Assembly (NCBI RefSeq): GCF_001194135.2
Contig: NC_068992.1
Coordinates: 55,972,706 to 56,036,705 of the forward strand
DNA: 64,000 bases
Direction: 5' to 3'
From: Octopus bimaculoides
Taxonomy: Eukaryota
A program made the translations under genes and the position numbers. Numbering within the stretch: the first letter of the stretch is position 1; every line of letters starts with the position of its first letter. Below, one piece after another: positions 48,301 to 61,378 of the stretch. Under the pieces are notes generated by a model that had not been told where the DNA came from, ran no database searches, and saw only the letters and a program-made list of their open reading frames with translations.

Positions 48301-51300
48301 CCAGGAACTTTTCAGCACCCTCTCATAATGGAAACATTAGAAAACGGTTTTGATCTCCAGTAAAGAAATATTTCTCACCAGAATTTCCTTCTTTTGACTT
48401 GATGCTTGTGATTTGCTGCGGCGTTCTTGTGTCAATAAAGGTGACATGAGCTTGCGATCCAACTGCATACATTTGCCTTTCGTTGCAGTATGTCATGCAG
48501 ACTGGCTCTCGGAAATGGGGTAAAGATAACTGTAACACCTAGCAAATATATGTTTAGGGGGAACATAGCTAGTATATCGGAAATTAAACAGCTGACATAG
48601 AGTCAGGAGAATACTATGGTAAGCAAACAAAAATTGGCCAGAATTTATAATGACAAACACCTACCTGACTTGTTTTTGCAGACAGATCACACTCAGGCTG
48701 CAGTTTGTGCACACAGTTTCCCGGGACGGCCTCAATCTTCAAGTTGATTTATCAGATATTCGGCTGCTGCTTGCCAAGCAGCACTGGCTGCCCATATCCT
48801 GACTGATTAGACACCAGTTCTTTCGAGGTCTTTGAAAGCGGCGCTCCACACCAGTCAGTCCTGGCCAGGAACGGACTTCCACCTGATAGTGTGGATGGGG
48901 TAAATAAAAACCTTTTGCTTTCTCAGAGCTTCAAGGTCTGCATTATCAGACTTTCAAAACTCTGGAAACGGCAGAGGTAATGAAGTAGCTACCATAACAC
49001 TTGGACAATTAATAACGTTATGGTTTTAATGATGATGCAGTTTGAAGAGAAAAAAAAAAGTAACAGGATAGAAAAAAAAAAAAGAAAAAAAATACATCAA
49101 AACATTATTTTTGATATAACTACTAAGAAATTAAGTAGCAACAATGAACAGTCCCCAAATAGCTAATGTATCATCTAAATTAGCGAAAGACACAAGAAAC
49201 GTCTCCCTCTGAGGTCATTGTCAATGGTAACCTACTGTGTGTGGAAGAATTAGGATTGGAGTGGATATTTGCACTCCAAATAGAGTGTGGCAGTGACATT
49301 ACCTGTTTAGTTCTGTTCATATCCCACGTTTGAAAATATTCATTGAGCGAACTCAACGCAAGCTCCTGCAAGCGAAAATGAAAATCAACTGTCAGGAATA
49401 GAAAGGGAGTTAATTTTGATTTTGCAATAAGTTCAGATAAACAGGTAGAGGCAAAGAAAGAAAGAAAAAAAGAAGGAAGCAGAGTATTGAGAAAGAGACA
49501 GGTATGGCATTGAGAAACAGAGAAGTGGTGAGAAGAAACAGGATGGACATCGAATGTTAGAGAGGGGGGGGCAGAGAAGGTATTGAGAGGGGGAGAAGGG
49601 GGGGGAAGAAGAAAGAGACAAGGAAGGCTTTAAAAGATGACTAGAGAGATGAGACAGGGAAAGCATTGAGAGATAGACTGAGACATAGAAGAAACACTGA
49701 AGGTAATGAGACAGAAAGAGAAAAAGGGACAAAAAACAGATGGAGACAGAGAGGGCATTGAGAGATAGAGAGAAGAGACAGGGAAGGTTTTAAGAGACAG
49801 AAGAGGGCATTGAAAGATAGATTGAGAGACAGAAGGAACACTGAAGGTAATGAGACAGAAAGAGAAAAACAGAGAGGGCATCAGGAAATAGACGGAGACA
49901 AAGAGGATACTGAAAGATAGAGAAGGGGACAGAGAGAAGAGACAGAAAGGGCATTGAGGAATAGAGAAGGGGACAGAGAGAAGAGACTGAAAGGGCATTG
50001 AGGAATAGAGAAGGGGGACAAAGGGAAGAGACAGTAAAAGCTTTAAGAGACAGAGAATTACAGAGAAGAGATAGAGAAGGCATCGAGAGAAAGATTGGCG
50101 CATTGAGAGACTGCTAGATAGATAATGGCATACAGAGAAAAAAGAAGAGGGAAAAACATGGACAAAGAAAGACGAAGGAATGATGCGTCAGAAAAATGTT
50201 CTTTTGTCTGGATATAAGTGGAGGAGCAGACAAATTACCTGTCGTCCTTTACAGTAAGCAAATGACCGGATTTTCTCAGCTGAACCGCATCTTTTGATAC
50301 ATTCGGGTGAAATATGGGAATAGCGAGGTGGTAATGTATTGTACATGTCTGTATTTTGTTCCTTTATCTTCCATATAGCAATCGTGCTGTCTTTGGAACC
50401 TACACAAAGGAGAGAAAAAGAAAAAAAAGAAAACATTCAAATATTCAAATACATAAATTATAATCTGGTTTACAGAGAAACTGAGGTGAACATAAAAATA
50501 GTAGTTCTAACCTAACTTTGAGGTGCTAATTTCACATACAAAACCAGTTTTCACTCATCACCTCCAGTTTTTTTTAGTTATACGTTATGATTTTGCGACA
50601 ATTCACGAAACCATATATATGATCAATTTATACTTTGTTTTCCAGATTTTTATGATACATATCTCTACAATGGTTTCAGGCACTTCAAAACACTGAGGAT
50701 GCATCAACAAGGCAAATTCATTCTGCTATACGTGTTGGCCCAAGACTACAGTTAAGGATGCTTGCTCAAGGTGTCACAATGGAACTGAACCCAGAACAGT
50801 GTAGTTAGGAAGCAAACATCTTACCACACAAGCAAGCCTGCACCTATTTTGTTCATTCTGAATATAAAAAAGAAACAAAGTGGGCATACATGTGTGTGTG
50901 TGTTTGTGGGGGGTGTTGTGTGTGTGTAATGAAGTGTTAGCAGGACTAAAGCCAACCCAAGCTAAGGCTGAGAAATCAATGAGCTTTTGTCCAAATCCAT
51001 CACATTCCCTCTTTTGTGGTTTCTCTCTCAGATGGAACAGATATATAGTAATAATACATGAAGAGGTGTGTGTGTGTGTATGTATATAAAAGATGATAAA
51101 ATAGCAAAAAATAAAGAAGTGAATATGCTGGTCATGTGATTGGTGCTGAAAGCATTCACAAACAATAGCAGCCAGAGAAAAGGCAAAGATAAAAAACAAA
51201 AATTATATAAACAAGTAAACTATTTCGATAAAATACAAATTCTGTGTAGTTCAACAGATATCCATAATAAAGGTATGAGACATGCTGTTGATGCTGTTGT

Positions 51301-54300
51301 TTTGGTACCGGCTATTTGGCGTCGTTGATTCAATTGAGACTTATCTGACATGGGATGTTTTAATGTTACTCTCATCCAACTCTCCTGTCATCCATATCTC
51401 TCTCTGCTTATGTATGTGTGCATATTTTTCGTTAAATGCTTAAAGCAGATGACATCAAGCTAGCAATGAGTTAACCTTTTTGTTACCATATTTCTCTTGA
51501 AATGCTCCGCCATTGTTTCAGTTAATTTTTCAACTAATGAAGAATTTATCTTTTATTTTTAGCCCTGTTTCAGTCATTAGACTGCAGCCATGTTGGGGCA
51601 CCACCTCTAAGAATTTTTTTTTTTAGGCAAATAAATCAACCCTAGTACTTATTTTTTGTTTAAGCCTGTTACTTATTCTATCAGTCTCTTTTGTCGAACT
51701 GCTAAGTTACAAGGATGTAAACACACAAACGTGTGTGTGTGTGTGTGTTTCAGTTAACCAAATCCACTCACAAGGCTTTGGTCGGCCAAGTCTATAGACA
51801 CTTGCCCAAGGTGACACACAGTAGGACTGAACCCAAACCATCTCTTTCTCACCCTTCCTATCTGTATGTGTATATTTCTGTGTGTGGAGGCGCAATGGCC
51901 CAGTGGTTAGGGCAACGGACTCGCGGTCATAGTTTCGATTCCCAGACTGGGCGTTGTGAGTGTTTATTGAGCGAAAACACCTAAAGCTCCATGAGGCTCC
52001 GGCAGGAGATGGTGGTGAACCCTGCTGTACTCTTTCACCACAACTTTCTCTCATTCTTACTTCCTGTTTCTGTTGTGCCTGTAATTCAAAGGGTCAGCCT
52101 TGTCACACTGTCACGCTGAATATCCCCGAGAACTACGTTAAAGATACATGTGTCTGTGGAGTGCTCAGCCACTTGCACGTTAATTTCACGAGCAGGCTGT
52201 TCCGTTGATTGGATCAACTGGAACTCTCAACGTTGTAAGCGACGGAGTGCCAACAACAACAATATCTGTGTGTATGTGTATGCATCTCACTATCACTTGA
52301 CAACCAGTGTTGGTTTGTTTACATCCCTGTAACTTAGTGGTTAGACCAGTGGAGTAAGTACTAAACTTCAGAATAGAAAAAAAAGTTCTGGGGGCAGGGA
52401 GTTAACTTGTCTGACTAGAATCCTTCAAAGTGGAGCCCCAGCATGGCCACAGTCCAACAACTGAAACTAGTAAAAGAAAAGATATGCAATGTGTGAAAAA
52501 AAATAAAAACAAAAGAACATGATGGTCAATAGCTGGAATGCTTTTTATCATAATTGCAACCTAGGGCTAAATGAAACAGCATTGCTCTACTAACCTGTTA
52601 CTATTGTGTCATCTGTCAACCAAGTCATATCATAGATCCAGTCCTTATGAGCCAGCTAATGAGAAAAAACAAAAACAAGAAAAACATAAAATAGTAAAAT
52701 AAAATATGCATTTATGTTGTTGCATTTCTGCAGTATTGCACATTGTTGAACAGCAATGCAATGCTATTGTGTTTTCATTGTATTGCAGTGGTGCATTGAC
52801 GAAAAAAATTAGGAACAGTAACAACTTTTGCATGATGTGGCTGATATTTCTAAGGAAAAAGTTACAACAGCAGAGGAGATTAACTTCACAATCTTAAAAA
52901 AACATCTCAAGGCAACAGCCATTTGTCATCCTAGAACTAATCTCATCATATACCTGACCATTAATCCTTTCATTACCATATTCTTATTAACGTACATTGA
53001 ACATAAATTAACACGAAATTTTAAAAATAATAAAGAATTTAGTAAAAATAACTGTCATCATTAAATTGACGGTGACACGTAAAATACACCATTTCGAGCG
53101 TGGCCGTTGATCGTTACCAATGTCGCCATCCTGGCACTTGTGCCAGTGGCATGTGAAAAGACATTCGAGTGAGATCGTTGCCAGTGCCGATGGACTGGCT
53201 CCTGTGCAGGTGGCACGTAAAATACACCATTTCGAGTGTGACCGTCGCCAGTACCGCCTGACTGGCCCTCGTGCCGGTGGCATGTAAAAGCACCCACTAC
53301 ACTTTCGGAGTGGTTGGCGTTAGGAAGGGCATCCAGCTGTAGAAGCTCTGCCAAATCAGACTGGAGCCTGGTGTAGCCATCTGGTTTCACCAGTCCTCAG
53401 TCAAATCGTCCAACCCATGCTAGCATGGAAAGCGGATGTTAAATGACGACGATGATGACGATATTAACATGAAATTTTGATGGGAGGTTTTAATTTAGAT
53501 CTCTTTAATCCTTTTTCTACCATATTCCTACTGAAAAATATCAACTTTCTTTCATTTGATTTTGACAATAATGAAGAATGTAGAATAACTTTCCTGTTAA
53601 CGAAGCTGGAGTTTGGCGCATAAATTAACACGCTTTTGACATATTTTGGAGAAAGGAATGTAAGAACCACCTTAATAATAATAATAATGATTTCTTTATT
53701 AACCACAAGGGTTTACATTAAGAAAAAAGCATTATGGGCAGTACAGGACAAAACAAAGAATGTGTGTGTGTATGTGTGTTGTTGTGAGGGTTTTGTGTGT
53801 ACACAAGACTAACAAAGTTTTAAAAAATCAACAATGTATAATAATAATAATCCTTTCTACTATTGATGATACAAGGCCTGAAATTTGGAGGGGGCTGGTT
53901 GATTATATCAACTGCAGTGTTCATCTGGTACCTATTTCATTGATCCCAAAAGGATGAAAGGTAATAAAGATAATCCTTTCCACTATAGGCACAAGGCCTG
54001 ACATTTTGGGGAGGAAGGGAATAATAAATTATATCAACCCCAGTGTTTCAGTGATACTTAATTTATCAACCCCCCAAAAGGATGAAAGGCAAAGTTGATC
54101 TCAGCAGAATTTGAACTCAGAACATAGAAATGGGTGAAATACCACTAAGCATTTTGTCCGGTATGCTAATGATTCTGCCAGCTCACTGCCTTAATAATAT
54201 TAATAATAATAATAATATTAATAATAATAATAATAGTAACACTAACAATAATAATCCCCTTTTAATATAGGAACGAGGCCTGAAATTTTAAGGGAAGGGG

Positions 54301-57300
54301 ACAAGTTAATTACATTGACTCTACAGGTAATTATTTTATTAGTCTCTAAATGATGAAAGGCAAAGTTAACCATGGTGGAATTTGAACTCAGAACGTTAAG
54401 ACGGATGAAATGCTGCTTAGCATTTGTCCAACATGATAACAATTCTGCCAGCTTCACCACAATAATAATAATAATATAATCTCTAACCAAGGCACATGAC
54501 TTCAAATTTGAGGGAAGGATACTTTATTTTATTGAGCCAGGAAGGATTAAAAGTTTAGTCAGTGTTGTTGAGATTTGAACTCAAAACATAAATGACAATA
54601 ACTAGATGCCACTTAATGACAACTAAATAACATTCAATTAAATGCCGCTCGGTAACGACTAAAATCTACTTAACCGTCAACAATCCATCATCCTCAACAA
54701 TAAAAAAACAAGATACTCACTTCTCCAACGCAAAGCGGATCGAATGTTGGCAGCTTGTATATAGCAAGGTCATTTGTTGTCTCTGCTCCAGTTGCTAAAT
54801 ATGTCCGTGAAGGGTTGATTTCAATGCTGTGGATACCGCAGGAGTCAGGAGCAGCAGCACATGATGAGCTGCTCTTCAGTGATGGGATGTCAAACATGCG
54901 TCCAGTCACCACATCTAGTACAATTAACTGACAAAAAGGGAAGAAAGCTAGATATCATAAAAAGCGACGAGATGTTTCAGGTGCCTGGGTGGCAGTAACA
55001 GCATCCCTGCTTCATAGAGAGAGAGAAAGAGAGAGAGAGAAAGAAAGAAATAGAGAGATATGTAAATATGTTCAGAATAGTTAGCACAGTTTGTTGTTGT
55101 CTGCAACTGGGGTAACCAGTGAAATGGCAATCTATAAAAACAAGGAAATTTAGGATATTAACATCAAATCCAAACAGACATAACATCACAACACAGTCAA
55201 CCCAAAATGTTTGTTATTGTTGTCATAAGAAAATTCTCTTGAGACATCATTCCAATTGTTGTTGGTTTTACAAGACAAAAATGGAATAAACATTTTCTTT
55301 TCAAGTGCATCAATGACAACGATATATTTTTAATAAAATTGAAATTACAACAATTTCCGGAGAAAGAGAGAGATAGAGGGACAGACATAGAAAATAGATT
55401 AAAAGACAACGAACATATTTTATCATGTTATATATACGTGTGTTTGTGTCTGTGTCCTTATATATATAATTGTGTTATGCAATGTATATACCAAATGATG
55501 GCAAATTGTTTGTTCTAGTTCTCTGCTTCCTGTGTTCAAATCCTCTTGAAGTCAACTTTGCACTTTATCCTTTTTAGGGTTGATAGAATAAGTGGCGGTC
55601 CAGGGTGGTTGATTAATTGATTAATTAGCATGTGGGACGAGACAAGTCACAGCATCATCTGTTTTGGTTTTTTGCAATCCAAGTCCAAATTCTGTCCTTC
55701 ACATGATAGCAGTAGGCATCAGGGTAGACTGTAACAGGCTGTGGTGCTATGCATCTTTCTACATATGGACAGATCTATGGGATCCCAAGAAATGTAACTT
55801 TTCGAAGACCAAATACTGTGGTTCTTTCTCCATACCACACCAAATTCTTTAGCAATTGGGCACAAAGTTTCAGAGACATTAGGAAGATCCTCAACCCCTC
55901 AACCAGGCAGTTAACTTATTTGTGCATGGGAGTACGCATATGTGTATATGTATGTGTATTTGAGGCCTTATGCTTCCAGTAGAAAGGTATATATATATTA
56001 TGGCAAAATCATTTATATAGATTTATGTGCCTTTATATTTAGATTCAACAATCCAACATAACATATGACATCGGTAGGCTTATACTTAAAATAGGTAGCA
56101 GATTTCTATCAATGTTACATTTTTTTGTGTAGTTTTACAAGAAAACAAAAACAAACCCAAAACATACACACAAAGGTTACTTAACAACAAATCTTCATAA
56201 GTTGGTACCAATGTATATCACATACATATAGAGAGAAATATAGTTTTAAAAAAGACAAAAAAGAAATTCAAGGTTATAAAATAAATTGTTTTATTTCGTT
56301 GAATTGAAAAGAAAATTTCAAACTTTGTTTCATATGTAGTACATTAAAAATTCATTCTTTGTGTTCCCATTCTAAAAATTCAATAATCAACAATATCAGT
56401 ATTTATAATTACTGTCACAAAATTTCCTTTGATAGTGTGTAGACCATGTTCCTTTTAGACAGACCTCTCATATTTAATAAAGTGTTGAACACTAATGGTA
56501 TGCCAATTGGTTGTTTCAGTTCTCAGAAGCTATTAGATTTGATGTACTTATAAACAGACCAGCTACTAGTTTCTCTGGGAATGCTCATGTGGTGTAAACA
56601 TCTCTGATGAGACCTCAATAAGTATCGAAAATTGATTAAAGTTGTTTGTCGTTTTTCTTTTTTTTCTGTCAATCTACAGAGAAATAGGTAAATTTGACAT
56701 GCCCTGTATGTCTACTTTATAAGTTTACATACATCTACTGAACATAGATTTAGCTTCAGTGTGTAAATACAGCCTTTAGTTGAATTATAGAGCTCTGCCT
56801 GCAAGATGGTTTGAAGGAATAACTCAATTAGATTTGTCTGTCTTTATGGAAAAGCCCTGTAGTTTAACAAATGCATGTTTTTGTAAATGTACACAGATAA
56901 ATATATTTACTGTTCATTCACAAGTATGCTGTCTTTGTAGTTTAATTAATATGCATCAGTAATGAATGTACTGATATGCAAATGAGTTAATGTTGTGACT
57001 GTTGTTCATGGTGTAATTTATTCACAAGATGCTGCAAACGAAGCTCTCTGCTAATGCAAAGCAAAGGAAGAAAACACTCCTGGTGAATTTGTAATGACTA
57101 CTTTTATTCCACAATTTGTTTCGCAGAGAGAGAGAGCTGTATAGCCACCTTAGATCTCATGGCTATTGTGTTCCATTCTTTATTCAACAGTAACTGATGC
57201 TTGTAGTTAATCCAATTATGCTTGATTTTTGTCGTTCTCTCCATGACAAAGATATGATTATGCCATCATCTGCTTCGTCTTATTTCTTCCTTGATACTCT

Positions 57301-60300
57301 AGCTTAGCAGAGGAGTAAATTGATCAAACATACCTCTTCCAATCGTTCATATATATTAGTTAATAGTCAACAGACTACCTCTTATCCTTCATATTAAGGA
57401 TATCTGCATGTATAAGTGTGGTCATGTATGTGCATGTGCATGAATAGAGGACTTCTGCCAAAAAACAGACTATGCCCATATAGACCCTGATGAGTGTTAG
57501 CAGTGTTAAAACCTTGACGCATTCATTGAGATCATGGCAACTACAGGTGAACAGTTTTCCACTTGTTTAATCTATAAGAATAACCTCATTACCCATTAAT
57601 GTCTTTTAGTTACTGAAGACCACGGTTGCTAGGTAAAGGAAGATATCAGTAAATTGAAAGAAACCTAAGAAAGTACTCCAGTTCAAAACTGACAGAAATG
57701 TATTATTTGATACATTGGTTAACAGAGAAACCATTTTATAACTTCAGCCAGTTACTGCAGCAGATCAAATCCTGCTAACTGCCCTCTAAATTATGAAGGC
57801 AATTTTAACCTAGCTACAAATTAGATAAATATTTCAGTCAGCAATCGAAATAACAGCCAAATCTCCCTTAAATTGTATTGTACTATCTTTAATAAGAAAA
57901 GACATGTTAGATAATGTAGTCCTGCATATCCCTGAAAAACGACAAGATGATCACAGTCACAAATGAAATGGTTTTGATCACACATCTGCTTAATCAAGGT
58001 TGACCAGGAGCCAAACAACATAGATAGCCATTTGTATCTGATCAGTAGTGAGTTGCATTTTTTTTTTAGAGTTAACTGGATGCAAATTGTTGAGAATATT
58101 TTTACAGACTAATACATTAATTTTACTAAATTCTACATTTTCACCAAAATTAACTGAACCAAAAGTAGTGTATTTCAACAGAGATATGGTGACAAAAGAG
58201 ATCCATGAGTTTCTCTCAACCAGGTTCATTGCTGCTCAAAAGCAAGCACAACTAACTGATGAGGATAGGCTAATACACCTCGCATGATGCAGTGAGTCGC
58301 GTGCAGCCATGGGACTGCCCAAAAAGTTGCCAGTCAGCAACAAGCATCGGCAACCTACCTGACCCGTCTTGAAACATGGACTGAGGAGTCCCAGTCAAGT
58401 GCATGTCATTGGAGCCTTTCACTTCGCAAACTCCAACAGCACAGGGAAAGCGAAAATGTGAAATGCCATCACATTCATGTTACTCTCACTCCAGCAGGGG
58501 ATGGCACAATGCGCAATGCTTTAAAACATTGTTCCCTGGCTTGGATTAGCAAGAGCATCACAGTCCAAACCAATGTTTATTTTAAGTTACTACCCTCCAA
58601 GACAGATTGGAAAAATATGTCTCACATGTTTTATTTTGACATTGCTTCTATGGCAAAGTGTCCTTCCTAACACTGAACACTTTATGACTCTTAAAATTCA
58701 CTTCTGCTAATTAACAAATTGCAGTCTTCTGTAACAAAGTACTTCCCATATATATATATTAGGTCCAAAATTGGTAAATTGTTCCAGGCATTCATTTAGA
58801 AATTGGATTGGTTTACCACCTTGAAAATTTAAGCAACACAACAAATCTGTCATTTTATTATTATTATTTGTTGGGGTGGGGATTAAACCAATTCTTAGCT
58901 ATCTCTTACAGGAGGCAACTACACCATTCTAGATACTTACCTCAATCTTCATTACTAAATCTCAGGAAGAGAATATTCTTGTCCGAGTGTTCCAAGTCAG
59001 TTTTGAGAATTTAAATATGAAAACAAAATGGTTGTAAAATAACCCTGAAACGGTTTCTTTCTGAGATTAGTTGCTTGAATAATACTTCAGAATATGCTGC
59101 AATCTCCAATTTATATATATAATTTCATATTACAGTGTGTGTGTGTGTGTATGTGAGAGAGAGAGAGAGATGATTTTTATCAAATGAGTTTATCAAGGAA
59201 GGAGGGGCAATGCCAATGATGTTTCACAGGCTCAATAGAATGATGAAAGATAGTTACCCTCAGATCGTCAAACAAGTGACGTGGCCTGAAAGCATGCAAC
59301 AGGATGAACACTTAACTCTTTAGCATTCAAATTACTCTCTCAAACATAATGCTTATTTAATTCAGTGTTTTGAATTAACCAAGCATCATCTTGTAGCTTC
59401 AAGATTTTGATGATGCAATTGTTATACTTTTAAGATGACATTGTAGGATAGGTGTGAGAAGTATGATCTGATCAATTTGAACACAAGAAGGTAATATTAG
59501 GGTTGGATATAGCTGGTTTAAATGCTAAAGGTTTAAATGCACCTATGTGTCAGGTGAGGGTGTTTAATGGAGTGATGGATTAAGCTAAATGATCCAACTT
59601 CTACAGATGCAAAGTGCTGTACAGTGGCAGTATGAAAGCTTGTTTCGAAGTTACAGGCTCATGAGACTGGAGTTAATATCCAAGTTTCTAAAGCATTTAG
59701 TAATTGAGAGTACATAACCCTCTCCCTGAATGGGACACCAGTGCACAACGGTGTTAACCTCTTGCTACCACTAGAACTTATATTTTCAACTGAGTCAACT
59801 GAAGCAATGTAAAATGAAGTGGTTTGTTCAGCAACGGAACAAGCCACTTGGTTCAAGAAGGAAACCAAAGACTCAAAGGTCATAAACTTGACATCCGAAA
59901 CCAGGTGTGGGCAAATTTCTTTGAGTAGTGAGCTGCATGAGACATGGCTTATCAACAGGTAAAACAATTAAAAGGTAATTTTTTTTATTAGGTGTGCCAT
60001 TGAGAAAGTACCATGGATTGTAGGTTGCCCAAGACTGTCCTAAACTTTAGATTATGCACTTTTGGTGGTAAAAAAAAAAGGAAAAAAAAAAGCAACGAAA
60101 AAAAATACACTAGATGACCTACTGCAAAATCAAGATGTTACATCTACTGCAGTACACTCTGTTCATCCAACTGTATCAAATACTGTCTGCTATTTGTATA
60201 GGAGGAGACATCAACCCACAGTTAGTTCTATTTGATTGTCGTGCTCAGCCAGCTGTGTTGCTGAATTATGTCAGATATATATCACCTGATATGTATGTAT

Positions 60301-61347
60301 GTGCATGTGCGTATACATTTATCAGACATTTAGACCATTTCAAATATATTTGGGACACGTTTTATCTCAACAAAGGCCATATACACTTCTGTTTGTGATT
60401 GAGAAAAATTCTCGCTTTCGGCAATAAGGTAATGAAAGATACCAACAGTTATTTCATGGCACCCTCTAGTGGAATGGTGAATACATTTCTAACTATCTGG
60501 CTATCTTTAGCATGGTGTACTACAAGAGTGTGGAGGCATAATGGCCCCCTTTGGTCATGACTGACCATGGACTTACACCTAGAAAGTTACCTTCCAAGGT
60601 GCAAGTCCGGGCAAGGTTGTCTATGGAAGACCAGCAGTCACCCATGCAGACCAGCCTCCCCTCTCCACGCCACTGATTTTATCCGAGGGAAAGGCAAAGG
60701 CTGATACAGCTTGGCACCAGTGATGTCGCAACTCATTTCTACAGCTGAGTGAACTGGACCAATGTGAAATAAAGTGTCTTGCTCAAGAACACAACACACA
60801 GCCTGGTCCAGGAATCAAACTCACTACCTCGTGATTGTGAGCCCGATGCTCTAACCACTGAGCCATGCACCTTCGCAAGAGTGACAATCTTGGAATTAAT
60901 CTAGAAGTCTTCATTTCCTTATAAAAAATCAGTATCAAAATATGAACTGATTACATTTGATGCCAGCCTAGGTGTCTACTACAATATATATTAATATTTG
61001 TTTTTATGCCAAGTTATGTATATGTGAACAATTTAATACTAGACTGAAGAATTACTCAATATCTTTTAGTCGAATATGTGTTTATTGGACTTATACTAGA
61101 AGATTGATGGTGACACCAAAGTTTCAGCTTGCTAGCCTTCATCAGACTGTGCTATACTTGGAGTCTTAATTATATACAGTTTTTGACAGGTTATTTTTCT
61201 GAAGTAGGTGAAGCTATGTCACTCTTGTAAAAGTTTAATAAACATGTACTCCACTAAAAAGTGTTGCATAATACTTCAGTCTAATGTTAAATTGTTTTCA
61301 TATATAACTTGTCATACATGTGTGTGTGTATGTGTGTATATATATAA

Positions 61348-61378
<31 letters not shown>

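Noticed and set aside
49433-50103. Leu/Ser/Phe-rich ORFs on the minus strand
   Set aside because: Translation of the pyrimidine-rich intronic repeat; no splice or homology support.
55680-55900. Possible Ty3/Gypsy RT relic on the minus strand (..VFGLRKVTFLG..IAP)
   Set aside because: Only a few residues resemble the motif; no LTR, PBS or other pol motifs to support it.
57486-57515. CTGATGAG motif (also 12120, 45512, 50692, 57613, 4765 minus, 32268)
   Set aside because: Each lacks a properly closed stem II, GAAA or stem I; expected by chance in 64 kb.
58257-58290. CTGATGAGG...CCTC hammerhead-like start
   Set aside because: No GAAA after stem II and no stems I/III.
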